DNA of 53,579 nucleotides, the filler included, from Basidiobolus ranarum (Eukaryota), in assembly GCA_040143965.1 (NCBI GenBank). It is 3 parts of 3 records of this genome, joined end to end, with 100 filler letters (N's around TTAATTAATTAA, not from the genome) between each part and the next. Parts side by side here need not be neighbours in the genome. Positions count along the whole stretch, not along the records: positions 17,929 to 35,712 come from JASJQH010000291.1; positions 35,813 to 53,579 come from JASJQH010000292.1; 1 more part is not named here. One strand, given 5' to 3'. Shown piece after piece: positions 24,300-37,468 of this stretch. A program made the translations under genes and the position numbers. The notes beneath the pieces are model-generated. The model was not told the origin of the DNA and searched no databases. It saw only the letters and a list, made by a program, of their open reading frames with translations. How positions within the stretch are numbered: the first letter of the stretch is position 1; the number at the start of each line of letters is the position of its first letter.

Positions 24300-25901
24300 A
24301 TGTCTTGCGACTTGTCAGACCCTGCTATCGGCCCTGCGTACGAAGAAGTAGCAACTGGACAAGGTGCAAACTGGTATGTGCCCTGCCAGTTTTAATTAAA
24401 CTTTCCTAGCTTTAACCTCTATTTTAGGTTGATACTTGGCTACCACGATAGTAGAGATAAAGTATCTTTATACACTAAAGGAACGGGAGGTTTAGAAGAG
24501 TTTAAAGCGCATTTAACTGATGAAGTTCTCTATGGATATCTTAACTATGAGAACACTCTCATTTTTGTGACTTACATTAGTGAAGACGTAAGGTAACTTG
24601 CGCATTTCGACTATTTCTAGAGCTGAAGAATGAACAGTAGTTTCCTTCTTATTTCTTCCTATATAACTACTGAATATTTTTATTACATATAGTGGAATCC
24701 GTAGAGGTACTTAGAATATATCGAAGGGCTCGTTGTAAAGTCATAAAACTAACAACTCGTCATTTTATAGCTCGTGCTTTTGTACATGGCAAGCATGTAG
24801 CTACTGTACTAAACGTATGCATCCCATTTTTACTAGAATTGTGCTTATAGCGTGCAAAATCAGCAAGGAAACAATCTTCTAACTAAATATGATTTTTCAG
24901 AAGCATGATGTCTATTATACAGCTTCTAGTCTTGCAGATTTAACTGAGAGTAACATTCAAGCACGTATCCTCCCTAAGAATGCTGAAGCAACTACTGATT
25001 CTGAAACTCAGCCACTTGTTGAAGAAACCATAAATCCCCCAGATCTAGTTGAGAGCACTCCCGAAACTCCGGCTGAATCGATGCCCACTGCTGTGCCAGA
25101 GGATTCTCCAGGTGTTGACCAGATACCTATGGCTGATCCACCTTCTGAATCACCCTTAGTTCCTATCCCACACTCAAGTGATGGGGTAGAATCGGTTGAA
25201 GGAGAGTTGCAATCCCCAATGGAAGAAGTACATACTGATGCAGTATCTGAAAACATGGTACCAGATGAAATACCAGTCAACACTGATAAAGAACTAAACC
25301 ATAAGCCATCCGCGCCACTCCATAATGATACCGTTACTAAACCATTAACCAAAGATCCCGAAACCCTAGAAACCGAAAGAATATTTGAAGAGAATTTAAA
25401 GAAACGCGAAGTTTTAAGGAAACAAGTTTTGGAATCTGAGAATTCTGGGAATGTAAAGGATTTAAACAATTTATTCAATCAAATTCAACTTTATTAAATT
25501 ACTTCCCCTCCCTTCCCTCACTCTATTTTATGTAGGTCACTTCATTGGCTGGTTATATCACCATTCAAGGTGGAGGTGTTTATGTAAGTTACTAAACTAT
25601 TCTCAGTTCGAGTATCATCATTCTTAACGGTAATACTTTTTAGTTTTGGAAACGAAGATGGTATACACTTTGCGGTAATGTCTTGTATCTCTATCGTGAT
25701 GAGAAAGATAAGTGTCCTTTATCCAGCATCGACATGGGTGTTGGTATTAATCGAATTGAAGATGCTCGAAGCGAAGTCTTAATCCCTAATAGTTTCAAGG
25801 TAGAACTTCCCGTTAACGAGGTTTACCATTTCTTCGCTGATACTTCTGAGGAAAAAGCCAAGTTGATCGATGGTTTCTCAAATTGTGTTGCTACTCATTA
25901 G
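24300..25901 (+). CDS. ADF-H (coactosin/drebrin-like) + low-complexity linker + PH domain protein
   Basis: N-terminal SDPAIGPAYEEV..NWLILGY..GTGGLEEF..LYGY..GIRRARALVH; C-terminal LAGYITIQ..FWKRRWYTL..LYLYRDEK; includes a 14-nt microexon at 24693-24706. Confidence 0.8.
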
Positions 25902-26063
25902 ATCCATCCACTACTATCTATAAATTATTTCCACCAATGATATTCAAGTCTTACTCTGCTAATAACTATAATAAATTCCACTCTATTTACATACATATTC
26001 TCATTTCTCTTGATAGAAAATAGATGAATGATTGGATATTAGTGGACTGTATTGGAAAGGAGC

Positions 26064-27241
26064 TTAAAAAATGGAACAACAAAGGATGTACATGCCAATG
26101 AAAAATATCAACATACATAAATCATCGTAAGTAGAAGTGAAAATGGATTTATATTGATACAAAAGGTTGATACTTCTATGAGCCAAGCCTCCGTGAAATT
26201 GCAATGGAACTGGGATAGAAGTAGCCTGGTGTCCCTGCAATGATTAAGTGCATTAGGTAAATAGCTCAACAAATGACATGTGCATATCTCACTATACCTT
26301 ATTGAAGAGGAGTCGGATTGCTTGGAGACCCACTTCAGCTGTCAAGAAATACCAAAATACAGGCTATAACAAAGTTAGTAGAGAAAGAAATTGGGAAATT
26401 TATGGACCTTGCTTACCATATGTCGAACTCTACTTTCTCCATAAATATTTTCGGGTGAGTTATCTTTCAGTCGTCCGAATCTATCTGACATCATGTTTTC
26501 ACTCATTCCGGTACCCATCCATTCCATATAAAATACAAACGCTACTAGTACACCCACAGCTACCACTCTCAATGTGAACCACCAGCTTGGGGTGGATTGC
26601 TGGGGTTGGCCAGCTTGGCCTGACTGTTGAGACAACAACGATGCCAATGCAGGACCAGATAATAACGATTCAGGATTAAATGGCAAAGCTCCTGGATTGG
26701 GCGTACTAGCGCCTGATAAATTCTGTGACAATATAGATTGCCATTCTTGTCGAAAGGATAATAGAGGATCCTCAGCATCACTAATATCATTATTAGGAAG
26801 AGCGCGTGGGACTAAACTAGGGGTAGAGAATTGAGAACTAGATGATGGGCTACCAGTACTTGTAATACTGGGAGCTTTGAATGAATCAACAAAAGTTGTT
26901 TCAGAGATATTCTTGGGAGCAGTAGCTGGAGTGCTAAATATCTGGTCAACTATAAAATACGAGGTAAATTTCCATACGGTAAGAGCTCAAGGTTTAGAAG
27001 CAATCAAGAGCTTACCTTCATCATCAGTAGACTTCTTGATGGTTGGAATGGAACTGTGATCAGGCAAATCTGTTTCTTTTGGGGCTGAGTCAGATGTAGT
27101 TGAAGCTGGAGTGGCAGCGGCGTTAGCATCGATAAAAGAAGCCTTGATGCGATTTAGACGGTCTTCACCGCTAGCTAATATTCTACGTTGACGAGCTTCA
27201 CGACGACGACGAAGGCTTTCTCTATCAGATTCGGTGGACAT
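26064..27241 (-). CDS. GET2/CAML-like ER insertase subunit, multi-exon
   Basis: N-terminal RRRREARQRRILASGEDRLNRI motif, disordered linker, three C-terminal hydrophobic segments ending YDDLCMLIFFIG. Confidence 0.75.
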
Positions 27242-27630
27242 GTTGAAAAAAACTTTCTAATATATTACGAAAATACTACCGACTAAAGTGTACCTCGAGT
27301 GTAGAATAATTTTGAAGAGTTGAGGTACCTGGACCAAATCATCATAATTCATCCCCTCCCCTAATGAGCACTCTCGAATACTACTGGTATATTCGATGGA
27401 TATGTGTCGATATTCTTACTGGATTAAATTGTGTGATAAAATAGAAAAATCAATCAAATCGTCCAAACGTGACAAAAGTCCTAAATTATCCAAGTTTCAG
27501 AAATTACCATCAATATTTGTAAGCTATTATTTGTTTATTACTGTGATATGAATGTCATTTAGATAGGAGATCTATTTACATAATATGCTGCACTTGAAAT
27601 GGAGATGGCGCTTTCATAACTGAAGGTTAG

Positions 27631-29516
27631 CTACCTGGGTGAGTTTGTTCTAGGGCGTGTTCGATCCTGACTGGAGCAGGCAAACGCAAGAATCCATTTG
27701 GCATTCGTAAGAGTGTACTTCAAAGCACGAGTCCATATTTCGTCTTGGTTGAATTGTAGTTTTATAGAAGCCTCGCCGATTTTATCTTTGTTGATTCTTG
27801 ATGCAAGCATTAATCAGTGATTTTTGATGGAGAACGATGGTTAGCAAACATACCTGTATGGCAGCTTTAAATTTGTATCCTGTTGTTCGGCAAAATCACC
27901 GAGTTGTTGCAAGCAATTCAGAAAGGCTACCATTGCATTATCGAACCGTCTGTTTTGTAGCAACCTTCCTATATGTAGATCACCAGAGCCATATCTAGCA
28001 AACACAAAAGTATTAAAAAGGAACTTGACGAGAAGTGAGTGCTATACTTACAACTCATAACTGGCGCGGTCCCCATCTATCTTCTCAATTCTTGAGAACG
28101 AGCCGAGCGGTACTAATCGATAACTGCAAGATGTCCAACAATTAATACGTTTGTTTTTTAAAGTATCGATCCATATTGTGAATGGCATTACGTCTTAAAT
28201 TTAAACCGCAATTTGTTGGCGATTGTATACAGCAGCAGCGCTGTCTGTCCCCAAGCGGCATTGATCTCGCTCCATTCGACCTAAGGAGATGCTTACTCAA
28301 TAAGCTTGCAATTACTGGTACTTTTGTGTTGTTCTATAACATACCGACTGATTTGGTAAGCGACCCAATCTGAACCCATTGATGGTGCCAAAATGGCCAT
28401 CATGTCCAATATTAAATGTATCATTGTAAACATTAGTCTTCTGGAGCCTTTCGAGCTCACGAGCATCGTGGTCGTATTTCAAGTTAACGCTATCTCTTTC
28501 ATTTTGAAACTCTTGAAGTTGAATTTGAAATTCATTATAATCTTGCCAATAACTAGAAGAAAGTCGATTAGTTGACCTCACAAAGCCATTGACGACAAAA
28601 CACACATTTCAATACCTTTCTTCCAGGCCATCAATCTGGCGGGCTTCTTTCTCAAGTGATTCAAGCTCGTCCTTGAGTCCGGCCAGTTGTAAATCCATCT
28701 CTTCAAGAGAGTCGATAGCTACCTTTTGTTGGTTATTTAACTACGTCAACAATAGAAGTATTTAAGTGAGATGATTGTCTCCAACAGAAATTTCGAAATG
28801 CAGTACTTACATCCTCAATCTCTTCGTTTAAAGCTTCTTGATCAAAATCATCACCAGCTTCAGAGTCGATCTTCTCAATAAATTTCTTGTAACATTCGTA
28901 TTCTTTAGAAAGTTGGTTAAGCTTTTCAGACATCGAATCTAGTAACATTTCAGTACATTCTTGGCACAGTGGGTGATCTACATCAGTTTTACTCGACATG
29001 ATCTCTGCCAATCGGTTAACTACACGAACCCGGTGACTTAAACTCGTTGGTTTAGAATCGATATCTAATTTACCATTGGACTCACTGGAGTTTTGAGTGG
29101 TTGGTTCAATAGAACGAGACAACATAACATAGGAATCCGAAGGGGTGGGGAGATTCTCCTTGTTGTTCTCCATGGGAGAAGACAATAGGTTTGGTGAGGA
29201 AGAACGATTAGGTGTGATAATTCGTTTGACTAAAGGGGTCGCTGAAATGGGTAATTCTCTAGGTTTCTTAGGGACCTCTTTTCCATTTTCAGTATGGAGT
29301 GGATCAGCTGAGTTGATATGCTCAACGTCGAATTGATGTGTTGACGAAAATGAGTCTAAAATGGAATATGAATAAACAAACAAGTTGAGCAGTCAAAGTA
29401 TTGAAAAGAATGTTACCAATTAAGTGGTCAAAAGTATTGTTACTATCTAACAATGATTCATCTATTTTTAACGACTGCTTACAGCGTTGACAATGAATTG
29501 AATTGAAGCTAGTCAT
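27631..29516 (-). CDS. ATG6: Atg6/Vps30/Beclin-1
   Basis: [71 protein letters not shown]. Confidence 0.95.
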
Positions 29517-29998
29517 TTCTCAAGTTACTAGATGGGTAGCTTTGGTAATTCCTTTAGATTATCTATGACTGTATGCAGGCAAAGCGAAGGGATGAAAGTT
29601 GCGTTCAACAAAGAGTGAAGTTCGTATTTTTGTAATAAAAGTAGCACCTTTTGGTGTATGAGAAAGCCTATTCACAAATTAGTTTACAACCTCTGAGATA
29701 CGTCAACTGACTAGTTATCTGTGTAAAGTAGCGCGATACTCAGCAACCACATATTCATCCAAATAATAACCATGTGATTGTGAGACGATCAATAGTTCAA
29801 TTTAGCTAAAACCAAAATGACAGAGAACTGATTTACTCCTGCTCTTGGTGGTAACATTGATCTGAAGTAAAATAATCCAAAAGTTTAATATGAATAATGT
29901 TGGGGTTTAGAAAATTTTGATGATTTCTTAAAGCTCAGTCACTTCTCTTTTATAGCAGCACAAAGTGAAGGGTTAAAGCACATTTCACCTCAAATATT

Positions 29999-30723
29999 AT
30001 GTTCCATATCCTTCGTCAAGTGAATACTCCTCTTACTTCTGTCCATAGGCTTAAGCCTTTAAACTTGATACGATATGCCTCAGTCTCACTCAGTAAAGGT
30101 GACAAGAAACTAGCGGAGAAAGACAGAAATAAAGTACTTGTTTATATGGGCCCAATCGCCACTACCATTCGTTCTTTCAAATTCTACGGTTTGATATTCA
30201 GTGGCTGTGGTCTTATTTCCATTCCTTTCCTGTTGAATGTAGGGGCTGAACCTTTGGCTGGTGCGGCTGGAGGTAAGTCAAATAGCTGATACTTCACTCA
30301 CAGCTACCTATACTAACCTGAATGATTACCACTATGATACCTGTAGCTTGCATCTCCGCACTTACACCTACAGTACTACTTCAATACCTTACTTGTAATT
30401 ATGTTACTAAACTTTCTGTTTGCAACCCACCTAGCAAACAGAAGCGTAAGCAAGGATATGAGGATAGTCAAATTCTCGCCATTGAGACTTTAGATTTCAT
30501 TGGAAGACCCAAAGAAGCCTTGATTCGTTTGGGAGATCTTAGAGATGATACACGTAAATTCCGGTTTATCTCATGGAAAAACATTGGCAAAGCTGGTCGT
30601 AAGAATTACTTCATCGAACGAGAAATCTTCAAAGGTGACCCTAACCTCTCCTTAATCATGCAAAAAATCGTGGCAAACTCACCCAAACCCAAAGAGAGCT
30701 CATGGTCGTTGTTCAACGTTTAG
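29999..30723 (+). CDS. TMEM70-like mitochondrial membrane protein (intron ~30273-30346)
   Basis: Basic presequence-like N-terminus; LVYMGPI..IRSFK, two TM segments, YVTKL, IETLDF, as in the TMEM70/186/223 family. Confidence 0.6.
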
Positions 30724-30984
30724 ATTCAAAGCATTGATTACATTCAACTAGACTTCCATAATAAATGTAGTCACAGTCACATTGCAAATACCACATATAG
30801 TTTAACATTAATGGATTTTATTAATAATGTGAAAGTGAGTTCTAATCGTGAAAGACATAAAATGGCAATAAACCCAAGCGCATAGACAATGTGAAATATC
30901 ACACCTTTATCAATATCATGGTATATACAGAATTTTGAATAAGGAAGTACTTATATCTCAAATATATGTGGAATATCAGTGTAT

Positions 30985-31421
30985 TTAAGCTATATTCACA
31001 TCCTTCACTTCCTTCTCAGTACGTTTTCCATTGTCGGTAGTCAAACCAGCAGCAGCCTCTGCTTCCTTTTGGTTGTATGGTTCCTCTTTCAAGAGCTTGA
31101 CACTATAAAAAGGATAAACTTAGAAGATAGTAAAAGGGAACATATCCATTGAAATAGTTACCGCTTCTTGTGAAGTTTGCCACGATAATGTTCGGATAGA
31201 GCACTACCGGAGATAAAATGGCGGGAGCATTGAATGCAAAAATGTTCACCAAGTCCAGGAAGTTCAGTGTCTCCCTTTTGACTTGCCAAGAGTTTCTCGG
31301 TATTCTCGGTCTTTAAATCCTCGTGAATCTGGTCGAGATCTTTAGTTCTTCTACGAGTACGATATTTTCGGGAAATATCACGAATTCCTCTGTGAGTACG
31401 TGAACGGCGAAGTCTACCCAT
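30985..31421 (-). CDS. BUD20: Bud20/ZNF593 C2H2 zinc finger ribosome export factor (intact, 2 coding exons)
   Basis: RRRTKDLDQIHEDL...LPGLGEHFCIQCSRHF...H.RGKLHKKR|VKLLKEEPYNQKEAEAAAG. Confidence 0.93.
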
Positions 31422-31837
31422 TCTGTTAAGAGAATATGTCAAGTGTAGAAAAGAAAGGCTGGCAGAAAACCAAGTAAAAGTAGTGAAATTAAAATTAGTA
31501 AAAAAAAGACATGAATCTTTTCTCCAATAGATAAGGTAATACAATATGAATTCATCCACATTCGATGCTAGTCCCTTTTTTTCTTTTTTTTTTCTCTTCC
31601 TGATTTACTCGTTTAGCACAGGAGTTGGAAGTTGTGGTAAACCAAGTTTTGCACATTTAATTAAGAATACTTGAAAATTTGCAAAAAAAGATCTCATTAA
31701 TCTACTCACTCAATGCTAACCATACGGATTGGCCAATCCTGAAGGTCTGAAAGTTATGCTAATTAAGGCCACTGATTTCCCACTGGTCTTTCTTCCTCTT
31801 CTAATTCCACCTCCCCCAAGTTGGAACGAAACTTAAA

Positions 31838-32356
31838 ATGGCACAACCAGTTCGGTAAGAATTTAATATCCTTTGACTTTTACTTGCATCCATCCAAGAG
31901 CGCTGTCGAATGAAACTGTAGAGTGACCTTTCATGTCTAACCACAACAGATGTTTTGTGATGTGTTGTCTGCAAATACGTTGGCAGTGACAAGGGTGGAC
32001 GTTAGTGATAGGACCACCAAACCAACCATATACTAATTTGCTTCACTAGTCTTTACTCCAAGGGTCGCGTCTTAGGATTCAAGCGCGCCAAGCGTAACCA
32101 AAGAGTCAACACTTCATTGGTTCAACTCGAGAATGTCGGTACCAAGGAAGAGGCTCAATTCTACCTCGGCAAGAGAGTCGCCTATATCTATCGTGCCAAG
32201 CGTGAGATCAACGGATCCAAGGTCCGTGTCATCTGGGGTCGTGTCACTCGTTCCCACGGAAACTCTGGTGTTGTCAAGGCCAAGTTCAGAACTAACTTGC
32301 CTGCTCACAGTTTCGGATCCTCTGTCCGTATTATGATGTATCCTTCCCGTGTTTAA
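31838..32356 (+). CDS. RPL33: 60S ribosomal protein eL33, copy 2; intron 31855-32049
   Basis: Matches copy 1 except AGT (Ser) at 32309 versus TGT (Cys) at 19230. Confidence 0.97.
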
Positions 32357-32701
32357 GTAACTAGGGAGAAACTACTTTAACTATTAGTAGTTTGGTCACG
32401 TCGGATGTATGAAGTCTCGTTTCACTTTCTAAATGTTGCATATTTCTTTCATTTGAGACAGTGAATAATTCGGGACATTGCATATCTTTAATCCTTGAAT
32501 GTCAATACCATGATTATTACATAATAAAGATGTCATTTAGATATGAGCTTTCAATACCCACTAGCCACTACCCATTACTGAAAATTTGGATATATGCTTA
32601 CTTACCTACTTCTTCGATCAAACACGAAACATTCCCCTCGCTTCTAGTCTAATTTACTACATTTTCTTCGATGAATGCAAGATGCTGATCTATGCACACC
32701 T

Positions 32702-32773
32702 TAGTCTGTTTAATGTTGAATAAGTTACATCATCTTCTAGTTTGTTTAATGTTGAATAAGTTGCATCATATTC
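32702..32773 (+). repeat. 36-bp imperfect tandem duplication
   Basis: TAGT(C/T)TGTTTAATGTTGAATAAGTT(A/G)CATCAT(C/A)TTC twice. Confidence 0.8.
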
Positions 32774-33824
32774 TATGTCTCATTACTGACGTTTCATATC
32801 TGTACAACAGAAGCTGGGGTCAGAGCTCCAACTATTGCGACTAGCTGCTTTTAGTGATTCCTGCTTAACCACATCTCCATTTAATAAGGATTCATCCAGT
32901 CCACAAAATGGGGATCTTTGCCATTTTATCACTGTACATGAGAATATATAAGAATCCCGACTTCAGGGGAAGATGGTGATGCAAACCAAGGTGCCCATGC
33001 GAAGAATTTATCATCATGCACTGTCCAACAGTCATTCGTCAATCATTCTTTGCTAATTTGCTGTGGATGAATGTCAAGGAGGGTGATACATTGTAAGGTT
33101 CCTGAGAAATGGCTGACCCATGACCTTTTGGTGCGAGCACTGAAGGGTCAACTACTCTTGTATGTAAAGTATCTGTTCGTTAATGATATCTTGATGGTTG
33201 TGGAAGATGCATAAAATCAAATACGAATAGTGATTTCAATGTTAAAGACACATGAACCATTATGTTGTACAGAGAGAGTAGCACACGGTTTAACCCCATC
33301 GTGCGATATGATATTGCAATAGTTAAACAGGTTGAAGAACAGATCAAGTAATTTCCGGGTAGAATGATAGCTAATGATCAAGTGGGCTCTTTATGGTTAA
33401 CTTCACCATTTCAGTATGCAGAATCAATGTCATGATGCTTCAGATTTGTTCTGGGTTTTTCAGGCATACATGTCATGCTTTCTGCATTATCCTTACTTGA
33501 AGATCCGCTTGGGAAATATAAAGTTCAACATTGCTGATTCACCTGACAATATTATTTCATCTGACATTATTATTTTGGCGTTTTTGGCATCTATTTCTTC
33601 TTTAGTCTCCTAGGCCTATTACCTTATTTGGATATCGGGTTTTCGCTTCTAGAAGTTCTATTGGATACAGGGCTAGGCATCTTGGTTCGTGATTTCTTTC
33701 TATATAACCCAACACAGTTCCCCAAATTATCTAGAATTTCTCTACTTTCCTTTTGTTTCATTTTCCATTTTCCATTTTCTTAATTTATGCTTCTTCACTC
33801 ATTTACATACTAATCAAATAACCA

Positions 33825-34511
33825 ATGCACATCAACACTAACCTACCATACTATGGAAGCGTCCCGTCACTTGAAGAGGACCTTGATTCCTCTACTGATT
33901 CTAATTCTTCTGTCCAAACTGACCACTCAACTTTTAAACCCAACTATGTTTCCTTCATTCCACCTGAATTTCTGTCTCCCAGACTAGAGAGAAAAAGAAC
34001 TCGATACTACCGTTGGCCTATGTTATTGATTCGTTGGTTGGTGCTAGCGACTAGTATCGGCTCCATTATATCCGTCTTTCATTTCATGGATAGATGTGGT
34101 GTAAATTCCACTACTTGTTGGTTGGCAATCTGTGGAGTTCTTTCGACAGTGGTCGCCATAATCTACTTAACTAATTGGGCACGACGTAGAATTTGTTACC
34201 AACCACCAGTTCTGCTTGATGCCTCAAAAGCTTTAGACTGTCCAATTAACGAGCGGATACCTCTATTACTGTGTCGACCTCATAGACATAGTCGGGCTGT
34301 GCTACATCTTTTGGTTCACTTGACTATATCTTTGTTCTGGGCTGGAGCTCTGCTAGATTTGTATCTTCGTCGGAACAGATGTTATGCTTTGAATGGATAC
34401 ATACAATGTGATGTGCTCTATATTTCGACAAGTCTGGTTATTTCATGCTTTGTTAGTTGGGTATTCGCCACTATTCTTATTATCCTTGATATTAAGCGTA
34501 GAGAGTTCTAA
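33825..34511 (+). CDS. Intronless 4-TM membrane protein (MARVEL-like topology), unknown function
   Basis: 228-aa ORF with four hydrophobic helices and Cys pairs in loops; TATA-like TATATAA and CT-rich region upstream. Confidence 0.7.
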   Translation: MHINTNLPYYGSVPSLEEDLDSSTDSNSSVQTDHSTFKPNYVSFIPPEFLSPRLERKRTRYYRWPMLLIRWLVLATSIGSIISVFHFMDRCGVNSTTCWLAICGVLSTVVAIIYLTNWARRRICYQPPVLLDASKALDCPINERIPLLLCRPHRHSRAVLHLLVHLTISLFWAGALLDLYLRRNRCYALNGYIQCDVLYISTSLVISCFVSWVFATILIILDIKRREF

Positions 34512-35712
34512 AAGGGCATCTAGTCGAGCCTCTCGTTGGTTTATTTATGCCAAGTTTCAAACCTGTTATTGGGTTGATTTTGATCTTTTCGCGATGTCAC
34601 ATTCACTTTCACTTTCACATCCCAGCACTGTACATACAATATGATATGTCGTAAATTGTATATATACATAACCCTCAGTTCTCTGATTCATTCTGTCAAA
34701 TATAAACGCATCACTTCCAAACCCTCACCCTTCATAGTACATAATAGTGTCATTAGTAGAACCATCGAAGCTATAATATTCTGTTGGAAAATGACATTGG
34801 AAACCAAGCCATCTAGAATAATATATCTATGGAAGTATGTCCCACAAAGATAATCAACTAGAAAGGTCCAATGATAGTAGAAGTAAATAGGTGATCATGG
34901 AGGATTGAGGGTTCCATGTACTACCACTGTCCATGCATCGACCAATTCTAGTGAAGTGATGGAATGGATGGAGGTTGTGGGTGGACCATGATGCCGAGTT
35001 CCAGGTGATACAAAGATCTTGGACCTTTTCGTCACCTTTAGATTGGCATAATTAAGAATGGTTGAAATATTCTTATCATTATTATCTTATCTAGATTAAT
35101 AAATCCCGATTTCACTCGTTTATTTATTGCTTTGTACATCCTTACTATTCAACTCACATTCATGCGGCACAAACACCTTCGCTGTCGATTAAGGAATACA
35201 ATTTCGATTGCCTGGGTATAGTCTAATTAATTTAACCTTGGCTTCAAATATATTAAATGGTGAACTTGTCATGGAAGTTCGATTTTACTCGGTGACATTT
35301 TGGTCAACCAACGTGGTAATATATTTTATTCTCCCATTAAACCTGGAATATACAACTTTTATTAATATAAACCGAATCTAACTAGTAAGGTAAACCCATC
35401 AGTTTGTATTCCAAAAGCTTGATCCTTTTCATCTCTTAGCTGGTGGAGTATGGTCATAAATTACCCAATCGAGTCTTCAGAGCTACCAATCATGGTTGAG
35501 ATCAAGTTTTTTAACCAAGGATATGCTCTTATTTTCTTTCAAGGTTTTTGATTCATTTTCTTGGGGTGGAAGGGTGTGGGCACCGGCGCACTCCTTGTAG
35601 GAGAAATCGATATTTTTAGCAATTTTTCGAGGATTATTCAAGAACGTGCTTTATGAACTCAAAATATTTCTAGACTGTTGGATAAACCATTTTATCACAC
35701 ACCTTTGTGCAT

Positions 35713-35812
35713 NNNNNNNNNNNNNNNNNNNNNNNNNNNNNNNNNNNNNNNNNNNNTTAATTAATTAANNNNNNNNNNNNNNNNNNNNNNNNNNNNNNNN
35801 NNNNNNNNNNNN
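35713..35812. other. Artificial contig linker
   Basis: N-run + TTAATTAATTAA + N-run, 100 nt. Confidence 0.97.
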
Positions 35813-36660
35813 GGAAAATCATTGAGAAATATCACAAAAAGCAGAGGACCTAGCTGCTTTTTGAGTGGTGAGCTTGCTGAGGAGATCTATATGGACCTGA
35901 TAGATGGATTTGTGGACCCAGAAAACCCTAAAAAAGTTTGCAGACTCCAGAAAACACTCTATGGCTTAAAACAATCTCTGAGAGCATAAAATTACAAAAT
36001 AGAAATTTTTTTGGAAACACTTAAATTCCAAAAGTGTAATGTTGACTATAATATCTACTTCAGGCCAGATAAGACAAACCCAGCTTTATTAGCCATGTAT
36101 GTAGATGACCTTATTATAGCAACCAAAGACTTGAAGACTTTGGAGAAAACAAATCCAGCTTATCAGCCAAATTCAAAATGACCAATCTGGGTGAACTGAC
36201 TTAATATCATGGAATCCAAGCTAAGACATATAGAACTACCTAACAATAACTTAAACCAGTCTAAGTATATCCTAGATATATTAAATAATTTTAAAATGGA
36301 AGAATGTAATCTAGTATCTATCCCAATGGATATAAATCCTAATTTGACTAAAATTGGCTCAAATCAGGTGCTCTTGGATTCAAATGAAAGCCAGAAATTT
36401 CTTGATCAATTTATGGTTGGTAGTTTGATGTATATCATGGTTGGAACATGGCCAGATATTGCATATTCTGTCGGAGTTATGTGGCAATATCTTCAAAATT
36501 CCTAATCTGATCAAATCATAGCAGTTAGGCAGATTTTTAGACATTTGAAAGGTACTGTGGATCTGTGCTTATGATACACATATTCTGGATCAAACTTTGA
36601 TCTGATGGGATAATCAGATGTAGTTCAAGGAAGAAATGTTGAAGACAGGAGATCTACAAC
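35813..36660 (+). mobile_element. Degenerate Copia reverse transcriptase to RNase H start
   Basis: AFLSGELAEEIYM, KVCRLQKTLYGLKQS, MYVDDL, VGSLMYIMVGTWPDIAYSV, EDRRSTT; stops and frameshifts. Confidence 0.92.
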
Positions 36661-37007
36661 TGTTGAAATAAGCATTGCCTAAACATCTCTATAGTCATAT
36701 ATAGCTTAGTACTCATTTATCTTATAACTCACTAACATATTATTCATTATTCTCAATTGGATTTACTTAAAATATTGACACTGACTTAGAAGATCTCAGA
36801 TATATAGATTTTTCAAACTTGTGCTAGAAGCCCCACACTTTGCACACATGTACCTGGGATCTTCCTTAACACATTCTACATGTTAGTTTGTTTACATCTT
36901 GACAACACTATAAATGTCAACTGAATACTCAATAAATCAATTAGCAAAAACTACCAATTTCTCCAATTCTCCTAACCACTTCCAACAGGCTCCCAAGTAC
37001 TTTAACA
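36661..37007 (+). mobile_element. Copia 5' LTR (347 bp) nested in the preceding element
   Basis: TGTTG...TTTAACA, homologous to 16759-17105; followed directly by PBS and gag. Confidence 0.9.
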
Positions 37008-37019
37008 AGTTATGAGCCC
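37008..37019 (+). other. Primer binding site of the internal tRNAiMet (anticodon arm) type
   Basis: AGTTATGAGCCC directly after the LTR resembles the GGTTATGGGCCC PBS of copia/Ty5-type elements. Confidence 0.7.
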
Positions 37020-37057
37020 CAAGCTTGCACTCTCTGTAATGTCTACTTCTCAAATTT

Positions 37058-37468
37058 ATGGAATTTTTCCTTCTTATGAAAAATTTGATCGAACCAATTA
37101 TTAAGTTTGGAAAATTAAAATGAAAATGCTGCTGCAAGAAAAAAGACTTTGGGACACTGTTGTAGGAGAAGAAAACAATGCAAAACTATCTGAAACCAAG
37201 GTTTTACTCCCAGCTAAAAAAGAACACAGAACCTTTAACACAATTTGCTTCAATGTTGAAGACAAATTGTTAATTCAATGTTCAAGAGTTAAAACTGCCA
37301 AGAAGGTATGGAAAGCCTTGGAAGACACCTATCAAGCAAGTTCTGCTGCTAACAAGATGTTTCTATGAAGACAATTCTTTAACTCAAAGATGAAGCCAGG
37401 AAAAGACATTAAATCACTAATTATTGGAGTGACTATTTTAGTGGATGAAATTGAATGCATTGGAGTAC
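37058..37468 (+). mobile_element. Degenerate Copia gag N-terminus
   Basis: EKFDRTNY*VWKIKMKMLLQEKRLWDTV...KTAKKVWKALEDTY...; stops; ends abruptly at the allantoicase sequence. Confidence 0.85.

Noticed and set aside
32780-33700. Possible decayed coding sequence on the minus strand
   Set aside because: Fragments are interrupted by stops and match no family I can recognise.
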